From contig OZ024741.1 of NCBI GenBank assembly GCA_964016885.1, positions 205,964,001-206,028,000 on the forward strand: a stretch of DNA of 64,000 nt, written 5' to 3'. The notes beneath the pieces were generated by a model, which did no database searches, was not told the origin of the DNA, and saw only the letters and a list, made by a program, of their open reading frames with translations. The number at the start of each line of letters is the position of its first letter. The stretch's first letter is position 1. Of this stretch, positions 25,857 to 39,740 are shown piece after piece. The DNA is from Eledone cirrhosa. Its lineage: Eukaryota. Both the position numbers and the translations under genes were made by a program.

Positions 25857-26678
25857 TAATCCTGGTATGTATATAAGCATTTCTAACTTTAATTTTATAC
25901 CTAATTGTGTATGGTTGACCGTATATTTAATCGATTCCCACATGCTGTTGAAATGTTGGGTAAATATTCTATGGTGGTTGGCCGCGAAGAGATTGCTGTC
26001 GTTTATTTACTATTTCTTCATAGGTGCCTTTTAATCTTATAGCCTGGTCTAATTGATTTTTTGTGTGGTTAATTATGCTAATTGGGAGAGGAAATTGTGT
26101 ATATATATTATCATATGATTCTATGGACATACTTTATAGTATATATATATGATTAACTATCTATCTTTCTGTCTATCTATTAGTACATTTATAATTTTTA
26201 TAATTTTCAAGAAATATTTTATTAATTTGTGACTCTTTACATATGTAGACACACACCTACATATATAGAATAAACATATTCATGCTCTCTTTCCAACCCC
26301 TCACTCACGTATATACATCTAAATGCACACACACGCCCCCCCCCCCCTCCGCCCCCACCCTCCACACAATTATGAAATGATTTTGTATAACGGTTGATTA
26401 CTTCCATACACATCCTCGTCACTAGACAGACTTCTATAACACAGCCGGAAGCCAACAGACTATCATATATCAATATATTATCAGATATTGAATATGAAAT
26501 TCAATACAGGAAACTCATATACTACAGAGGGTATTTTGCTAAACAAACTTCTTGATTCTATATTCTATATAGTTGTCAATTGAATAGCGCATCAAAACAA
26601 CATATAGAAAATATTCAATGATAATATCTAACATAGATATACATTCACGATTGTATATCAGTATCTATATGTGTGTGT

Positions 26679-26732
<54 letters not shown>

Positions 26733-26831
26733 GTGTGTGTAAGTGTGCAAATGTGTTTGCATGTGTGAGCATATGTGAGTGTCGCAACTGATTGAATCAT
26801 CAATTTCGAATGAATACAAGCACACACACAT

Positions 26832-26864
<33 letters not shown>

Positions 26865-27089
26865 CACGCACGCACACACACACACGCACGCACACGCACA
26901 CACACGCACACGCAAGCACACACACACATATACACAACATATATATATATACACACATACACACATGCAGGTACTCATCCATATATATATAATTTAATAT
27001 CTCTTTATTAGTGGTGTGCCACACGAACGTGTCAATGTTGGCGAAGAAAGAAGAAACTACATAAAACATCATAAATTACATGTTTGCAA

Positions 27090-27530
27090 TAAAAGCGACA
27101 GTAAAAATAAGGCGTCGGCACTCCTGATGCTGGAACTGTAAAAGTGAAGAAACGTCGACAGGAATGCATTTATTACAGCGAGACACTTCTGAAAAATGGA
27201 CTTAAAGAAACTATAGTATACATGGAGGACTCTCAACGACACCAAAGAATGTTAGAAGGAAAGACAAAAAACCTATGGTGGTTTAATCCTCCGTTCAATC
27301 TCGACGTGTCAACAAACATAGCTAATAACTATTCCTAATTACATGACACTTTCTAAACAATAATTAATGACACAAGCTTTTTAACTGCCATTAAGTTAAA
27401 TTTAGTTACTCCTGTCAAGGTAGTATTGCTTCCAACATCGCATGCTACAACGGAAAAATGACACACCCACACAGCGTGTAACTGTCGAAATCTTACTAAT
27501 TGTTTCGGGAGAGAGGGTGGTAATGTCACT
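27090..27530 (+). mobile_element. Degenerate PLE fragment (RT thumb/linker)
   Basis: WWFNPPFNLDVSTNIA; VKFSYSC; CNCRNLTNC resemble 13380-13750. Confidence 0.7.
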
Positions 27531-28588
27531 CAAAGACTGTGGTCCTCAGAAGTCTCCATGGCCCTATTTATGAATTTTGCTTTGTATTTTATTTTTATCT
27601 ATTTTGTTTTTGTTTTCACATTTTTTTACGTTTTCATGTAAACTCACACTATATCGTCTTGTACCATCCTCGATCTGATTGTAAACCATCGTGGTATTTA
27701 CCACGGAATCATTATTATTTTTTCGATTGCTCCATGTAATTTTCTGCTACATCACCTGGTTCATTTCCGTCTTACTGAGCTCTGTACAGCGTCGTGTTTT
27801 CTTATTTTTGTGAGAGTTAGAATGTAATAGACTCGTAGTGTTATTGGTATTTTAGTGTTTATTTCGTTGTGAAATATGATTTGGCAGGCAAAAGCGATGA
27901 TATTTTCGGCGGAGAATATGGGTGTCAATCAAAATTAACCGGCTTGTCTTTTCCAGAGGACTTTCGATCCAGGACCCATGGAAATTTTCAGAAATACTTG
28001 GACTGACAGTACTAGTGAAGGTGGGGTTATTGCTGTTCCGGGTTCCTTTCTGTCGGCACGAAAAAACCCTCAGCCAAGCCTGTCCGTGATGAGTACAGGG
28101 TCACGAAACCATTTTGCAAAGACTCCTCCAGAGCCCAGGAAGGCCAGGCAGATTTATCAGTCTAGTCGTCATAGTGAAATAGATTTCCAGACACTTTCCT
28201 CAACTTTTTGAAATTTCATTTGAAAAGGAAAAGCAAGGTGGAGAGAGATGATATACCTTTCAGAAAATTTATCTAAATGTGGATGAGAGTGCAGAGCATG
28301 CATGTTCTGAGTATATCTGTTGATTGTAAAAAGGACAACAGGAAGAAGGAACTTGCTCTAGTGGTCAGGATGAACATATAATTTTCAGGGATTTTCCATG
28401 AGTAGTTCGCAGAAGTCTCATCTCTATTGAGAAATTTTCTGTTACTAATTTTATTATTATTATTATTTTGGTTTTTGGTTTTGTTATTCCTCATTTTACA
28501 CGATTTTGTGTAAGTCCACACTGTATCGTTTTGTTCCATCCTCTACCCCTTTGTAAACTCTTCTTGTTAATAATTGTTATTATTGTTG

Positions 28589-28772
28589 TGGATTGGCAGT
28601 ATCGGTAGAGGGTTAGACACCATGCTTTCCAGCATAGTTACGTCCCTTTACAATCTGAGTTCAAATCCCGCCGAGGTTGACTTTGCCTTTCATCCTTACG
28701 GGGTCGATAAAATAAAGTACCAGTAATGTACTGGGTAATTGCTGGCCTTGTGCCTAAAGTAGAAACAATTAT
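28589..28772 (+). mobile_element. tRNA-derived SINE (octopod-type)
   Basis: tggcagtatcggtagag (A box) ... gagttcaaatccc (B box) gccgaggttgactttgcctttcatcc...ggggtcgataaaataaagtaccag; other copies ~19830-20010(-), 29440-29590(-), 30030-30110, 39458-39645, 56657-56845, 58250-58390(-), 62126-62240, 62355-62542. Confidence 0.85.
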
Positions 28773-30288
28773 TGTTACGCGCTTTACATCATTCGTGTAA
28801 ATTTGTTCTATTTTCACAATTATTCAACCGTTTGCATTTGAACTTTTGTAGTTAAACTAACCAGTGTCTTCGTGAGATTGTTAATTTAGCTCTACTTGTA
28901 GTTCTTAAGAGCTAAACCTGCGTTTGGTTTTCAAACACCCCTCTCAATCTTCTGGGAAAATTAAGATGCTGGACAAAAATGTTACGTCCGCTAAACAAAA
29001 TGGCCGGCTGTCCAAAGAGTGGAACAGCCAAAATTCTGAAAACAATGATAGCAGCCGCAGCAGCGACAACAACAACAACAACAGCAACCAAAACTTTTTT
29101 CGTGCAGCAAACGAAATAGACTTTCTACCTCTGCCAATGTTTACCTCTGTGAACTCCGCCGCCCCACCACATGACAGTAAACACAGCCAACACCACTATC
29201 ACCACCACCACCAACAACAACAACACCACAACATCACTGCAACAACTTTCCTTTTTAAATGGTTTGAAAATACTTCCTTATCAATATCCAGTATAGGATA
29301 ATGATAAAGATCCCATAACACCTTGTGGAGTCGTAGAGGCACCGTCATACGGCGTGTCTAGGGCACTTTTACACCTGGTGGAGCCCAACCATCTCCAGGT
29401 CTGAATACAGACGATTTTTTCTATAGAGGAAGAATCGACTCAAGTACTTGTACTTTTTTTATCGACCTCGAAAGGATGAAAAACAAAGTTGACCCAGGCA
29501 GGATTTGAATTCAGAGTACGCAATGAGGTGGGACGAATACCATAAAACATTCTATCCGACGTCTTAACGACTCTGCTAATTCGCTTCCTTTCCTAGTATA
29601 GGGTCAATCTTTTAGACATTATTTAGATATTATTTTTCTCTGAATAATTTCGTTATATTTCCTTTTTTTTCAATATGGCTACTTGTAATGGAAGTACAAT
29701 ACGAAGTACTAACAAGAAAGAGCTAGATATTATTATTTAAGTTTTCTCCATTGCATTTTTATTCTCCTTCTTTCCTCTTCTTGTTTCCTGATGTTTTTGT
29801 TTTGCTTTTCTCAATATTATTTTGTTATTTTGATATTAATTTCGTTTCTTCACTATTATATATTCATATATTTTTTCTTAATAAATATACGGCTGTTGTC
29901 AATATTTTTATTTTACAGTTTTCAAAAACTTCCGATGTGTTGAAAAACATGTAAAGTATTCATTCATTAACATATTGATATACTAATTACTTAGGACCTC
30001 AAATAGCATGTTTTGCGGCATTCGTTTCGGCTCTCTGCGCTCTGAGTTCAAATATCGCTGAGGTTAACTTTGCCTTTTATCCTTTCGAGGTGGATAAAGA
30101 AATACAAATCCAACACTGAGTCGATTCTCCCTTTATATCTATTTGCCACTTTCTCACTTTTTCTCTCTATATCTTTCTCTCCAACCATTGGACGAAATAG
30201 GGTGCGTTCAAACCTGGAGATGGAATGGATTCCGCCAGGTTTTTAAAATATCTAAGAAACGCCGTAGTGAAATACAGCGTCACCCCCC

Positions 30289-30375
<87 letters not shown>

Positions 30376-30376
<1 letters not shown>

Positions 30377-30640
30377 GAATAGAAAACGAAAAATCAGTGA
30401 TGCACCTGAACTCAATTTATTGTGGGTTACAATTGTTTCTCCGGAGGACGTGGCCGTCGAACCTGGGGGTCCAGAATCAGACAGATCCACACAATAATCG
30501 CGCCTCGAGCTGTCCGCCGGAGAAACAATTGTAACACACAATAAATTGAGTTCAGATGCATCACTGATTTTTCGTTTTCTATTCTAACATACCCTGCTCA
30601 ACCGGCATACCGCCTATGGAAGCATCTTAGCTACCACCAG
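30376..30640. mobile_element. Fold-back PLE-type terminus in (TA)n
   Basis: 30376-30449 is inverted vs ~30511-30585; GAAA-caattg-TA HHR 3' half followed by AATAAA. Confidence 0.7.
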
Positions 30641-30648
30641 ACACCCCC

Positions 30649-30685
<37 letters not shown>

Positions 30686-30691
<6 letters not shown>

Positions 30692-31130
30692 TCAGGTTAT
30701 CAATAATGTAGTGATAATATATCGTTACGCTAGAGATGATCAGCGTACGTGTAGGTTTGCTCAACGAGTATAAATTATATTCCGGAGAAAAAGTAGAAAA
30801 GATGAATATAAAATGAATGTGCTTTTTTTAAAAAGGAATTTATTAGGTATTGACATATGTTTCTGTAACAGACGGAATACCTATGTATCGCTGCTTGCGT
30901 AATCATATAATGTTAGCAAGTATTCGATCGCAAATGTATAATCAGTTGTCACTTCTTCAGAGATTCTGAAGAAGTGACAACTGATTATACATTTGCTATC
31001 GAATACTTGCTAACATTATATGATTACGCAAGCAGCGATACATAGGTATTCCGTTTGTTACAGAAACATATGTCAATACCTAATAAATTCCTTTTAAAAA
31101 AAAGCACTTTCATTTTATATTCATCTTTTC

Positions 31131-31134
<4 letters not shown>
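30686..31134. mobile_element. Fold-back PLE pLTR (~170-bp arms), each arm with a long-loop hammerhead
   Basis: 30792-30961 is inverted vs 30965-31134; att-CTGAAGA-a-gtgacaa...ttgttac-a-GAAA-catatg-TC-aat; left extension resembles 11740-11810. Confidence 0.8.
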
Positions 31135-31183
<49 letters not shown>

Positions 31184-31269
31184 CAGTCGATCAACTTTCG
31201 TCAAATCCACCGAGGAAACAATGTTTCCGTTGGTCTTTCCAATTGCTAATTCTATCTATCGGTCGCAAC

Positions 31270-31420
31270 TCCAGGTAGAAGGAGCAACGAGAAATAAAGT
31301 GTCTTGCAACGAGAAATAAAGTGTCTTGCTTAAGGACATAACGCATCGCCCGGTCCAGGAATCGAACTCACAACCTCACGATTGCGAATCCAATTCCCCA
31401 ACCACTCAGCCACACGCCTT
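31270..31420 (-). mobile_element. tRNA-derived SINE, second family
   Basis: Reverse complement gives ggcgtgtggctgagtggtt (A box) ... gagttcgattcc (B box) ... ttaagcaagacacttta. Confidence 0.65.
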
Positions 31421-31440
31421 CACACACACACACACACACA

Positions 31441-31493
<53 letters not shown>

Positions 31494-32400
31494 ATATATC
31501 TAAACTATAATAAAGTAAGGAGTGCGGGACTGCATCCAGAATAAATTTTTTTTATCCCGTTTGTAAAATAAGTTGGATTACTTTGAATAAATAATGAATA
31601 TTACATAATTTATGTACTAAAGTTCGTAACTAAATTTCGTATTTATAAATAATTTAAAATTGACTTCTTTTCAAATTTACAAATTTCTACACATCCAGTA
31701 TATCGTCGCCACCACCACCACTTCAACTACTATATATATATAGAAAGAGAGAGTTTGTGATGAGAGAGATAGAGTGATTATGACTTTCCTTACGCTGACG
31801 CGTATGATTGTGCACATACATACATCTATATGTATGAGTATATAACTATAATCGCGCAAACACAAACTTATAAAAATACACCCTCACGGACATACATTCA
31901 GATAAATACACATACTTTCATACAAACACACATTCACATATACATTTACACAAACACACACATACAGTCATGATAGCGTTTGGTGAATTGGAAACGGGAG
32001 GGTAAAACAAGTATAACGTTTTATTTATTTATTAACAGCACAGTTTAACTTTCTTTTTTTTAAAACTCATTTGTATAAAAATTTAATATAATGCTTACAG
32101 AACGAAAACACAAACAAATATAATATATATGCTGTAGTTTTCACCCTTACCGCTGCATTTAGGATGTGGGAAGAAGCAAGAGTCACTAACTGTGACGTCC
32201 CATTCACACAAATACACATACTTTCACACAAACACATATATACAATCACACAAACACACATTCACACATTTACACAAACACACACATACAGTCATGATAG
32301 CGTTCGGTGAATTGGAAATGGGAGGGTAAAAGTACAACTTTTTATTTATTTATTAACAACACAGTTTAACTCTTCTTTTTTTTAAAAACTCATATAAAAA

Positions 32401-32860
32401 TCTAAACTATAATAAAGTAAGGAGCGCAGGACTGCGTACGGTTTATAATTTGTTATCACATTAGTAAAATAAGTTGCATTACTTTGAATAAATAATGAAT
32501 GATTATTACATAATTTATGTACTAAATTTCGTGGCTGTTGATTAAATATATCTTGTTTATTTAAAGATTCACATCTTTAAAATTTCTGATATGTCAACAC
32601 TTCCGGTTGGCCACGCTTAAATAAACATACTAATTTTCTGTCACTGATTTTCTCCTAATGCAGTTTATATATAATGTCGTTTTTTTTAATGAATAATGGA
32701 TTACGTTACTGATTAACGGTGTAACGTAGTCTTCGTTCAATTTCTATTTATTATATATTGTCAATTACGATTTTATTTGATGTATATACCTGCGTAGAAT
32801 ATCAATATGCACACTACACATGCTAGCAGAAAACCACCCGGGGGGTGGTTTTTTTGCTAG
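32401..32860 (+). mobile_element. Non-autonomous Helitron
   Basis: A|TCTAAACTATAATAAAG 5' end; aaaaccacccgggggtggtttt hairpin + CTAG|T 3' end; partial copies at 31499-31690 and 34380-34439. Confidence 0.75.
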
Positions 32861-33049
32861 TTTAATATAATGATTACAGAACGAAAACACTAACAAATAT
32901 AATATATACAAAGGAAAGGGAAAGGAAAAAGAGAAAGAGAAAAAAATACACAAGCACGTAATATCGACATCTAAGACCCCACAGAACAATATGCAGGCGA
33001 AAGAATGGGAAACGAGACGCTACCAGAGCAAAAGATAGCAATATAGTGA

Positions 33050-33490
33050 GGAGCACTGGGAAACCTCTCTAATAATTTTTGAGGCAGGCCAGCACGCTCG
33101 CGGCGTTACCTGGGGTGATGATGAGGCTGAGGTGCTGGAACAGTTACTCTGTTTGGCGAGCCGCCAGTGAAGATAAGAACCTCGCTGTCAGTAGCCCGAC
33201 TTCCCCACACGTCTCGAACGCCACAGGCTGGATAATATAGTTAGCTGACAGAACACGGTATTTTAGGATTTTGTTCCGTTCAGCTGCGGATGCTGTAGCT
33301 CTCGCCCTTACCGCTGCACCCAGGATGTGGGAAGAAGAAAAAGAGTCATTAAGTGTGACGTCCCAGGTAAGGCACCTGTCAGCCTCTTGACCAGGAGCAC
33401 AGAGTAATACCATCAAGTCTTTTCCCATCAATTTTGGACAACTTAGACAGTTCCAAAATTGAGGGGATGTTTGCCCGGGCCAAAGCTCTT
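33050..33490 (-). mobile_element. CRE-like non-LTR retrotransposon 3' fragment (restriction-like endonuclease)
   Basis: LTWDVT..DSF...AAERNKILKY...PVAFETCG; short related piece at 32130-32202. Confidence 0.7.
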
Positions 33491-33649
33491 GAGTGGTAAT
33501 AGGACAGTGTGTGTATGTGCACGCGCGTGTTTGTGGGTGTTCTTAAATTAGAGACGTGTGTGAGTCACTGTTTTTAAATTAGACATATATGTGTGTATCC
33601 CTTTCCTTCCTTTTACACACACATACATTCACCCAAACGCACATACACA

Positions 33650-34330
33650 TTGTGTGATGGATGGGTGGTCAGAAGTCCCTTAAATTTATATACATGTGAA
33701 TGGAGTTCTACTGAAGCAGTTAGAGAAGTTCAAGTATCTTGGAGCCGTGTTCATGAGTGATGGAATGCAGGAGGCTGAATTAAGTGCAAGAATTGCAAAA
33801 GCTGATGCAGTAATGTGCCAGACTCAGCATTCAACAATCAGAAGAAGGGGGTAGGTGTAAAAGCCAAACTCGCTGTCTTCCTGCCAACTCTTACTGAGAA
33901 TCGAGAATCTTGAGTAATGACCAAAAGAATACAATTGCAAATAAAAGCAGCAGAAATGGGATTCCTCCGAAGGGTCTTTGGAGTAATGTTACTCGATAAA
34001 GTGTGTAGCTCAGAGATCACAGAGTCACTTCTGGTAGAGCTGCTACTTCTCCGAATTGAGAGCTCACAACTCCGATATTATGAGCATGTGGTTGGAATGT
34101 CTCAGTAAAGAATCGCTGGACACGTTTTACAGGCAAAAGCCAACCGTCAAGAAACCCAGAAGTAGACCCTAAGCAAGATAGTTGGATAACATCCATGAGC
34201 TTGGCTGGTCACGCTTTGGGATCCAGCTAGATAAGCTAGAGATGTTTGCTACTGACAGACTCGCTGGAAGGAGTGTTTGAGAATGACTCTGCCCTCACAA
34301 CCCTCTCAAAAATAAGTGGGCGAAGAAGAA
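33650..34330 (+). mobile_element. RTE-clade LINE 3' fragment (degenerate)
   Basis: QLEKFKYLG, AAEMGFLRRVFGV, QLRYYEHV; 3' end shared with 43980-44125. Confidence 0.75.
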
Positions 34331-36324
34331 GATATTGTCAATTTACTTTTCAATTTACATATATATATTTGCGTATAATACCAATATGTACACTACATAT
34401 GCTAGCAGAAAACCGGCCGAAGGGCATTTTTTCTGCTAGTATATGTAATTAAAAAAATGTATATATCTTTGTATCATGAGAGATACACATAGTATTTTGT
34501 ACATATATATAAAGCATATGCTATTTGGGAAACAGTATATACTTTAAGAGGGAAAAGTTATTATTTTCTTTACGGCCGCCATTTCATAGTTTGTAAACCG
34601 GAGCGAAAATTGATCTCAGTAATCGATTACCGATTACCAACAATCGTTTTGGCAGAGCTCTGGAAGACGCGGAACTAATCGTCTTTGTGTAAGCTCCAAT
34701 AAAATACATAATACCTTTATATCTGTCGTGTTTCGAGAAGAATCCATACCTCGGGGTGTGAAGTAAGTTTTATCAGTAACGGCAGATATAAATAGGACTG
34801 GACGAGGTGCGATATACCAGTCATAGCACAAGCAGCTCAACAAATTAAGAATTTGGAGCTGATATATTCTAATTCAAAGTATCATAACATATATAATATG
34901 TATGATGAATGTGATTTCCAACGGAAATGCTCAATGTATATTTGTCCAGGGTATCAATAATTCAAATTAAAAAATATATGTATATAGTCATATATCATTA
35001 GAGAAACACATAATATTCTGTACATATATAAACATGTTAAGTTGGTTTTCCTGTTGATGCTCCATTTAACGTCTGGGAGGTTGTTCATTTGACCCTCACT
35101 CTCCGCAGATTAAACGAAACGAGGAGATGGAGCTTTTACTGTTAGTGCACATGTGCTAGCTAAATCTACCTTTAAAAGAAATGGCTGTTAGGCTTGTGTA
35201 GTTCTTCTGGTTTCTATCTGGTGGTGTGAATGCGGGATCTCTCTGTAGAACGTCAAAGTCGACCACATTACCCGACAAGTAAAGACAAGTGAGCGCTTGA
35301 CAACATTTCAATTGCCAAACACTCTCTCTCTCTCACTTCGCTTGACCAGAGATTGCAGCTCTCTCAAAGAAACGAACTAGGAAAGGACACGTCTGACAAA
35401 CGGTGATCACACATGTTCCCCTTACCCCCCCCCCCCAAAAAAAAATCCCGCACTAGAAATGTTGCTGCTTCAGCCAATGTATGTTCATTATCGCATGCCT
35501 AATACTCCACCCATCATTGGAGTTGATAGCAAATGAATGTATCGCCTGACAGTCCAGTCGGACGTGAATTGGGACAAGACATGACGGTAATAGATGATCG
35601 GGGCTATGTAGGTGTTTGTCACATACTGTTGTTGGCTTTTCGCGACACTCCACTTCCGTTGCTGCGTGTCTTGGCCGGTCATTGTGCGGTCGGTAGTGAA
35701 TTTCATCCTGCAATCAGACCCGCCACTCATTCTGAAAGGTCGCTCAAATCTATTGAAATCGAAAAGCATGTGCACATTATGCTTCGCGAAAGGCCGGATT
35801 GTGAACTTGGGATGCCTTTCCTAAGTTTCTTACTATTTCTCCCGATAATCTAGTTTTCCCTCTCACTACCCCCCTACTAATCCTTATTCATTCTATTCTA
35901 ATCGCCCTTGTCAGATCAAATTACAGTTTGCTGATGAAAATTATCACCGATTACGCCAGCTTAACTATTTCGTTAATCCGGTCTTTAAAAGCTTTGCGTA
36001 CCGAGAACGACACGTTCAGCTTCCTGTAATCTGGTCTCTGCCTAGTAAGTATATCTAGGTGGAACGTACAGATCATAAATTTATAATCTGTGTTGTTGGG
36101 CGATTTGAATTGTGAACAACCTACTCTATCCCTACAGAATACCTAATCTAACTACCATCTGGGTGACGCGATATGGTTTGACAGTGTTCACATTGGCACA
36201 TTCGAGACATCCAGTCGGTATCTTCGGAGATTTGAAGATGTCTGAGCAGGTCTGTGAAGCTTTTATACTCTCCTTTTCTATGGTCTATCCCCACACAGTT
36301 GCAGCGTGCATCTAAGATATCGTT

Positions 36325-36923
36325 TCAGTCTCCCATTAGTAGTAAAGAGCGGGATTTTCCTAGGAAGGCTTCCAGACGTTTGAAGAAATTTAGTCGTCCG
36401 GCCCTTGTTGGGATATAGACGACTACTAATGTGAAGGCCTGGTCTTCACTTATAGAGAGGGCCATATTCTGAGGTGTTTTGTTTTCCTTGCGAAAATCTG
36501 TTGTTGGTGTAGGGGGGGGGGGGGGGTTGCTGTTACTGCTGCTATTGATGTTGTTACACCTGTTACCATTGATGTTGCTGTTTGTACTACTGCAGTTGTT
36601 GTTACAGACAGTTGCTACTGTTGTATTGCACATCTATAGTCTTTACTGCTGGTGTCGTTGCCAACGTTTGGGATTACTGTATTTGAGGCATTGGCAAAAC
36701 TGGGTTCGTACACCACGTTATTTGCTGTGAGCAGAAGACCCTTAAATGTGTCACATCGCAAAATGTGTAAAACCTTGTCTTTCTGCCCTCTCCTGATAGA
36801 GAAAAATAGGCGTCTTCCGGAAAGTCGATCAGGTTGGTTTAGATGAAGAGTTCCATCCCCATTTCTGACCAGTTCTCTCTCCTCTTGATTTCTTTTCTCT
36901 TCTATGACGGCTAGAACAGCCAT
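36325..36923 (-). mobile_element. Internally deleted Tx1 fragment (ORF1 knuckle remnant + endonuclease piece)
   Basis: AFTLVVVYIPTRAGRLNFFKRLEAFLGKSRSLLLMGD matches 2550-2670; EGRKTRFYTFCDVTHLRVFC resembles ORF1 knuckle. Confidence 0.7.
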
Positions 36924-37965
36924 TATTAACTAAGGAATGACTATCTCTGGCGGCATTTAAATGACACTCATTTTTGCCAGGTTCTGGTCACAATAACTAG
37001 ACACTAAGATTATAGTCTCACCGCTCAGAAATGTTGAGATTTGCTTCTGTCTGTCTAACGAATTTCATTTCTATTGCTCCATAGTTTTTCACTCGGATGA
37101 TATGAGATGTATGTTCTCATGCAAACATTAAAACAAATTCGAGCCTCACTTTCCCTTTACACCTTATGTGATGTCATTGCGATGCTACCTGGTTTCGTTG
37201 TGTGTGTTGCATTTAGTTGGATCTGTGTTTAGGGTATTTTTCGCCCATTTCTCTGTAGCATATATCGAGCCTCCTTTAAATCTAAAACATTGGTTGCGCT
37301 TGCAAAAAAACACCTTTTGCAATTACGTCGTTGATTATTCTGTTGTTGTTTTTATTAATGAAGGTTTCTTTTGAAACTGCAGTAGTGGAATAGGAAACCG
37401 TGGTAGTGTTGGTGGTAACGGCGATATTGTTGTTTTTCTGATGGTAACAAAACTTTTTCGCCTGTTAATGCAGTTGTGCTTTTACTGTTATTGTTGCCTG
37501 TTGCGGCTGTTGTTGACAGTGTTCTAGTCAGAGGGATAGAAAATGATATTCTGTTGTATTTCATGTGCTTTGTTGTTGTTATTGTTTTCACCTGTTCTTG
37601 TGGTAATGGTAGTACTGGCATTTGCAAAGAAAACTGCATGCTGAATGTTACTTAAGAGAATGAACAACTTTGGATGTTACATTTAGAGGATGAGTATATG
37701 AACCTTTTGCCTCCATCTATTTTGGCCAAAGAAAAAATGGTAATGTTTGTATTGTAAATATAATTTTGCTCCTCCGGGCCAAATGTTCGGAGACGCTCTC
37801 TTTGTAAAGTTAAGTACAGCACCTTATTATCAAGGTTTTAATATAATGTTAACAATATTGATGAAATAGAAAAACAAAGAAAATCCCAGAGCCAATGCGA
37901 ACCCATCTGTAGCAGATAAAAGCTACAAAAGTAATGATGATGATGATGATGATAAGGATAATAAT

Positions 37966-38025
<60 letters not shown>

Positions 38026-38031
38026 TTTCTT

Positions 38032-38069
<38 letters not shown>

Positions 38070-39133
38070 GTTAATAATAATAATTGCACATGAATAAATA
38101 TTCATAGTGACGCTTTCACATACTTTACATTAAATTTTTCCAACGTTTCAATTGTCAAAGACAGAAAGGTTATTGATCCATGAAAATCTTTGAAATTCTC
38201 TTTATTTTCGTAATGTTCTATTAATATTTTAAATATCTAAAATTCGATGAATAAAAGCAGTTTTCTTTTTATTTATTTCTATTTCAAATATTTTGCTTGT
38301 GTTGTGTATAGTAATTCATTTTCAGTGTCCAATTCAGAAGCGTCGAGTTTAGAGCTGAGTTTGTAGCTGAGTTACAAAGACAAGATAATGACATGAAGAA
38401 ATAATATTTCAGGATATTAATGTTTTATTTCAGGATCATTATGCTAAGATTTCAATTATTGTTTTCTGAGCTTGATTTTAACAAATAATGCACAGGGGAT
38501 CTTGGCAACGTCTAAACACATGTATGTGTTTTTTGCTATGAAAGTGCTTAAATTAATAGTAGTGTTTTAATGTTGTTTATTGCTACTAAAGTACTAGGCA
38601 GGGTAGTTGGGAAAATATTTATAGACGCATATGAAATTTACAGCTTTAAAATGTTCTAATGGTTGCGTTGATTATGAATATTTATTTTCATTAAATGTTT
38701 ATGAGGCTAAAATGGTTGCTTTGTAATAATGAGGTTTCAGCTTTGGTTGCAACCATTGCTATAATTTAAAAGCAGACCTAAAAAACAGTGATGATAATGA
38801 TTTATAAATCTCTCGTTCAACGGAAAGCACATTACAACCAGACATGATTTTAATAGTCAGGTGACTCCAAACCAGTTATATGCGATTTGCTACGAAGTTT
38901 TATGTACCCCATTTCATTAAACTTACAAGCTATATATCAAGAAAGTGTCTCGTGCTTGGAATGTTGGTGCACTGGTCTGCATAGGTATGGATATCCAGCT
39001 CTTGATCCCATATCCACATCTCTATAATCTCCAAGATCTGGTGTATACATGGAGTGCTCAATCCCTTATCCACATCTTCACAATCTCCTAGATCTTCCGC
39101 TGTATACACGGACTGCTCAAATAATTTTAAAGA

Positions 39134-39740
39134 CTAGCAGTTTTCTGCTAGCCTGTGTAATGTGCATATTGACATTATACGCAAGTATATATACATGTAG
39201 ATATGACATGTAGATATGACAATATACACAGAAATTGAACGAAGACTGCGTTACACTGTCTTATGTAATCAGTAACGTAATCCATTGACGGAAATATAAC
39301 TGTTTATTTAAGCGATCGCTAACCGGAAGTGTTGACATTTGAAAATTTTAAAGAAGTGAATCTTAAAATAAACGACAAAATTATTTATATTTAATCAAGA
39401 ATAACGAAATTTAGTAGATAAATTATGTAATATTCATTCATTATTTATTCAAAGTAAGGGCGGTGAATTGGCAGTATCGGTAGAGGGTCGGACGCCATGC
39501 TTTGACGCATAGAGTTACGGCCCTTGCCATTCTGAGTTCAAATCCCGCCGAGGTTAACTTTGCCTTTCATCCTTACGGGGTCGACAAAATAAAGTACCAG
39601 TAATACACTGAGAAATTGCTGGCCTTGTGCCAAAAGTAGAAACAATTATTTATTCAAAGTAATTCAATTTATTTTACAAACGGGATAACAAAATATATTC
39701 TGGACGCTGTTCCGCACTCCTTACTTTATTATAGTTTAGA
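39134..39740 (-). mobile_element. Non-autonomous Helitron with nested SINE (39458-39645, TSD ttatttattcaaagtaa)
   Basis: A|TC...CTAG|T ends on minus strand; homologous to 32401-32860. Confidence 0.75.

Noticed and set aside
28589-28680. tRNA genes
   Set aside because: A/B boxes belong to multi-copy SINE heads with common bodies and TSDs; no cloverleaf
37650-38900. Host exons in unique AT-rich DNA (also 42900-43680, 58900-60100)
   Set aside because: Splice-acceptor-like sites are not followed by a sustained open frame or recognisable domain; small exons cannot be excluded without RNA-seq
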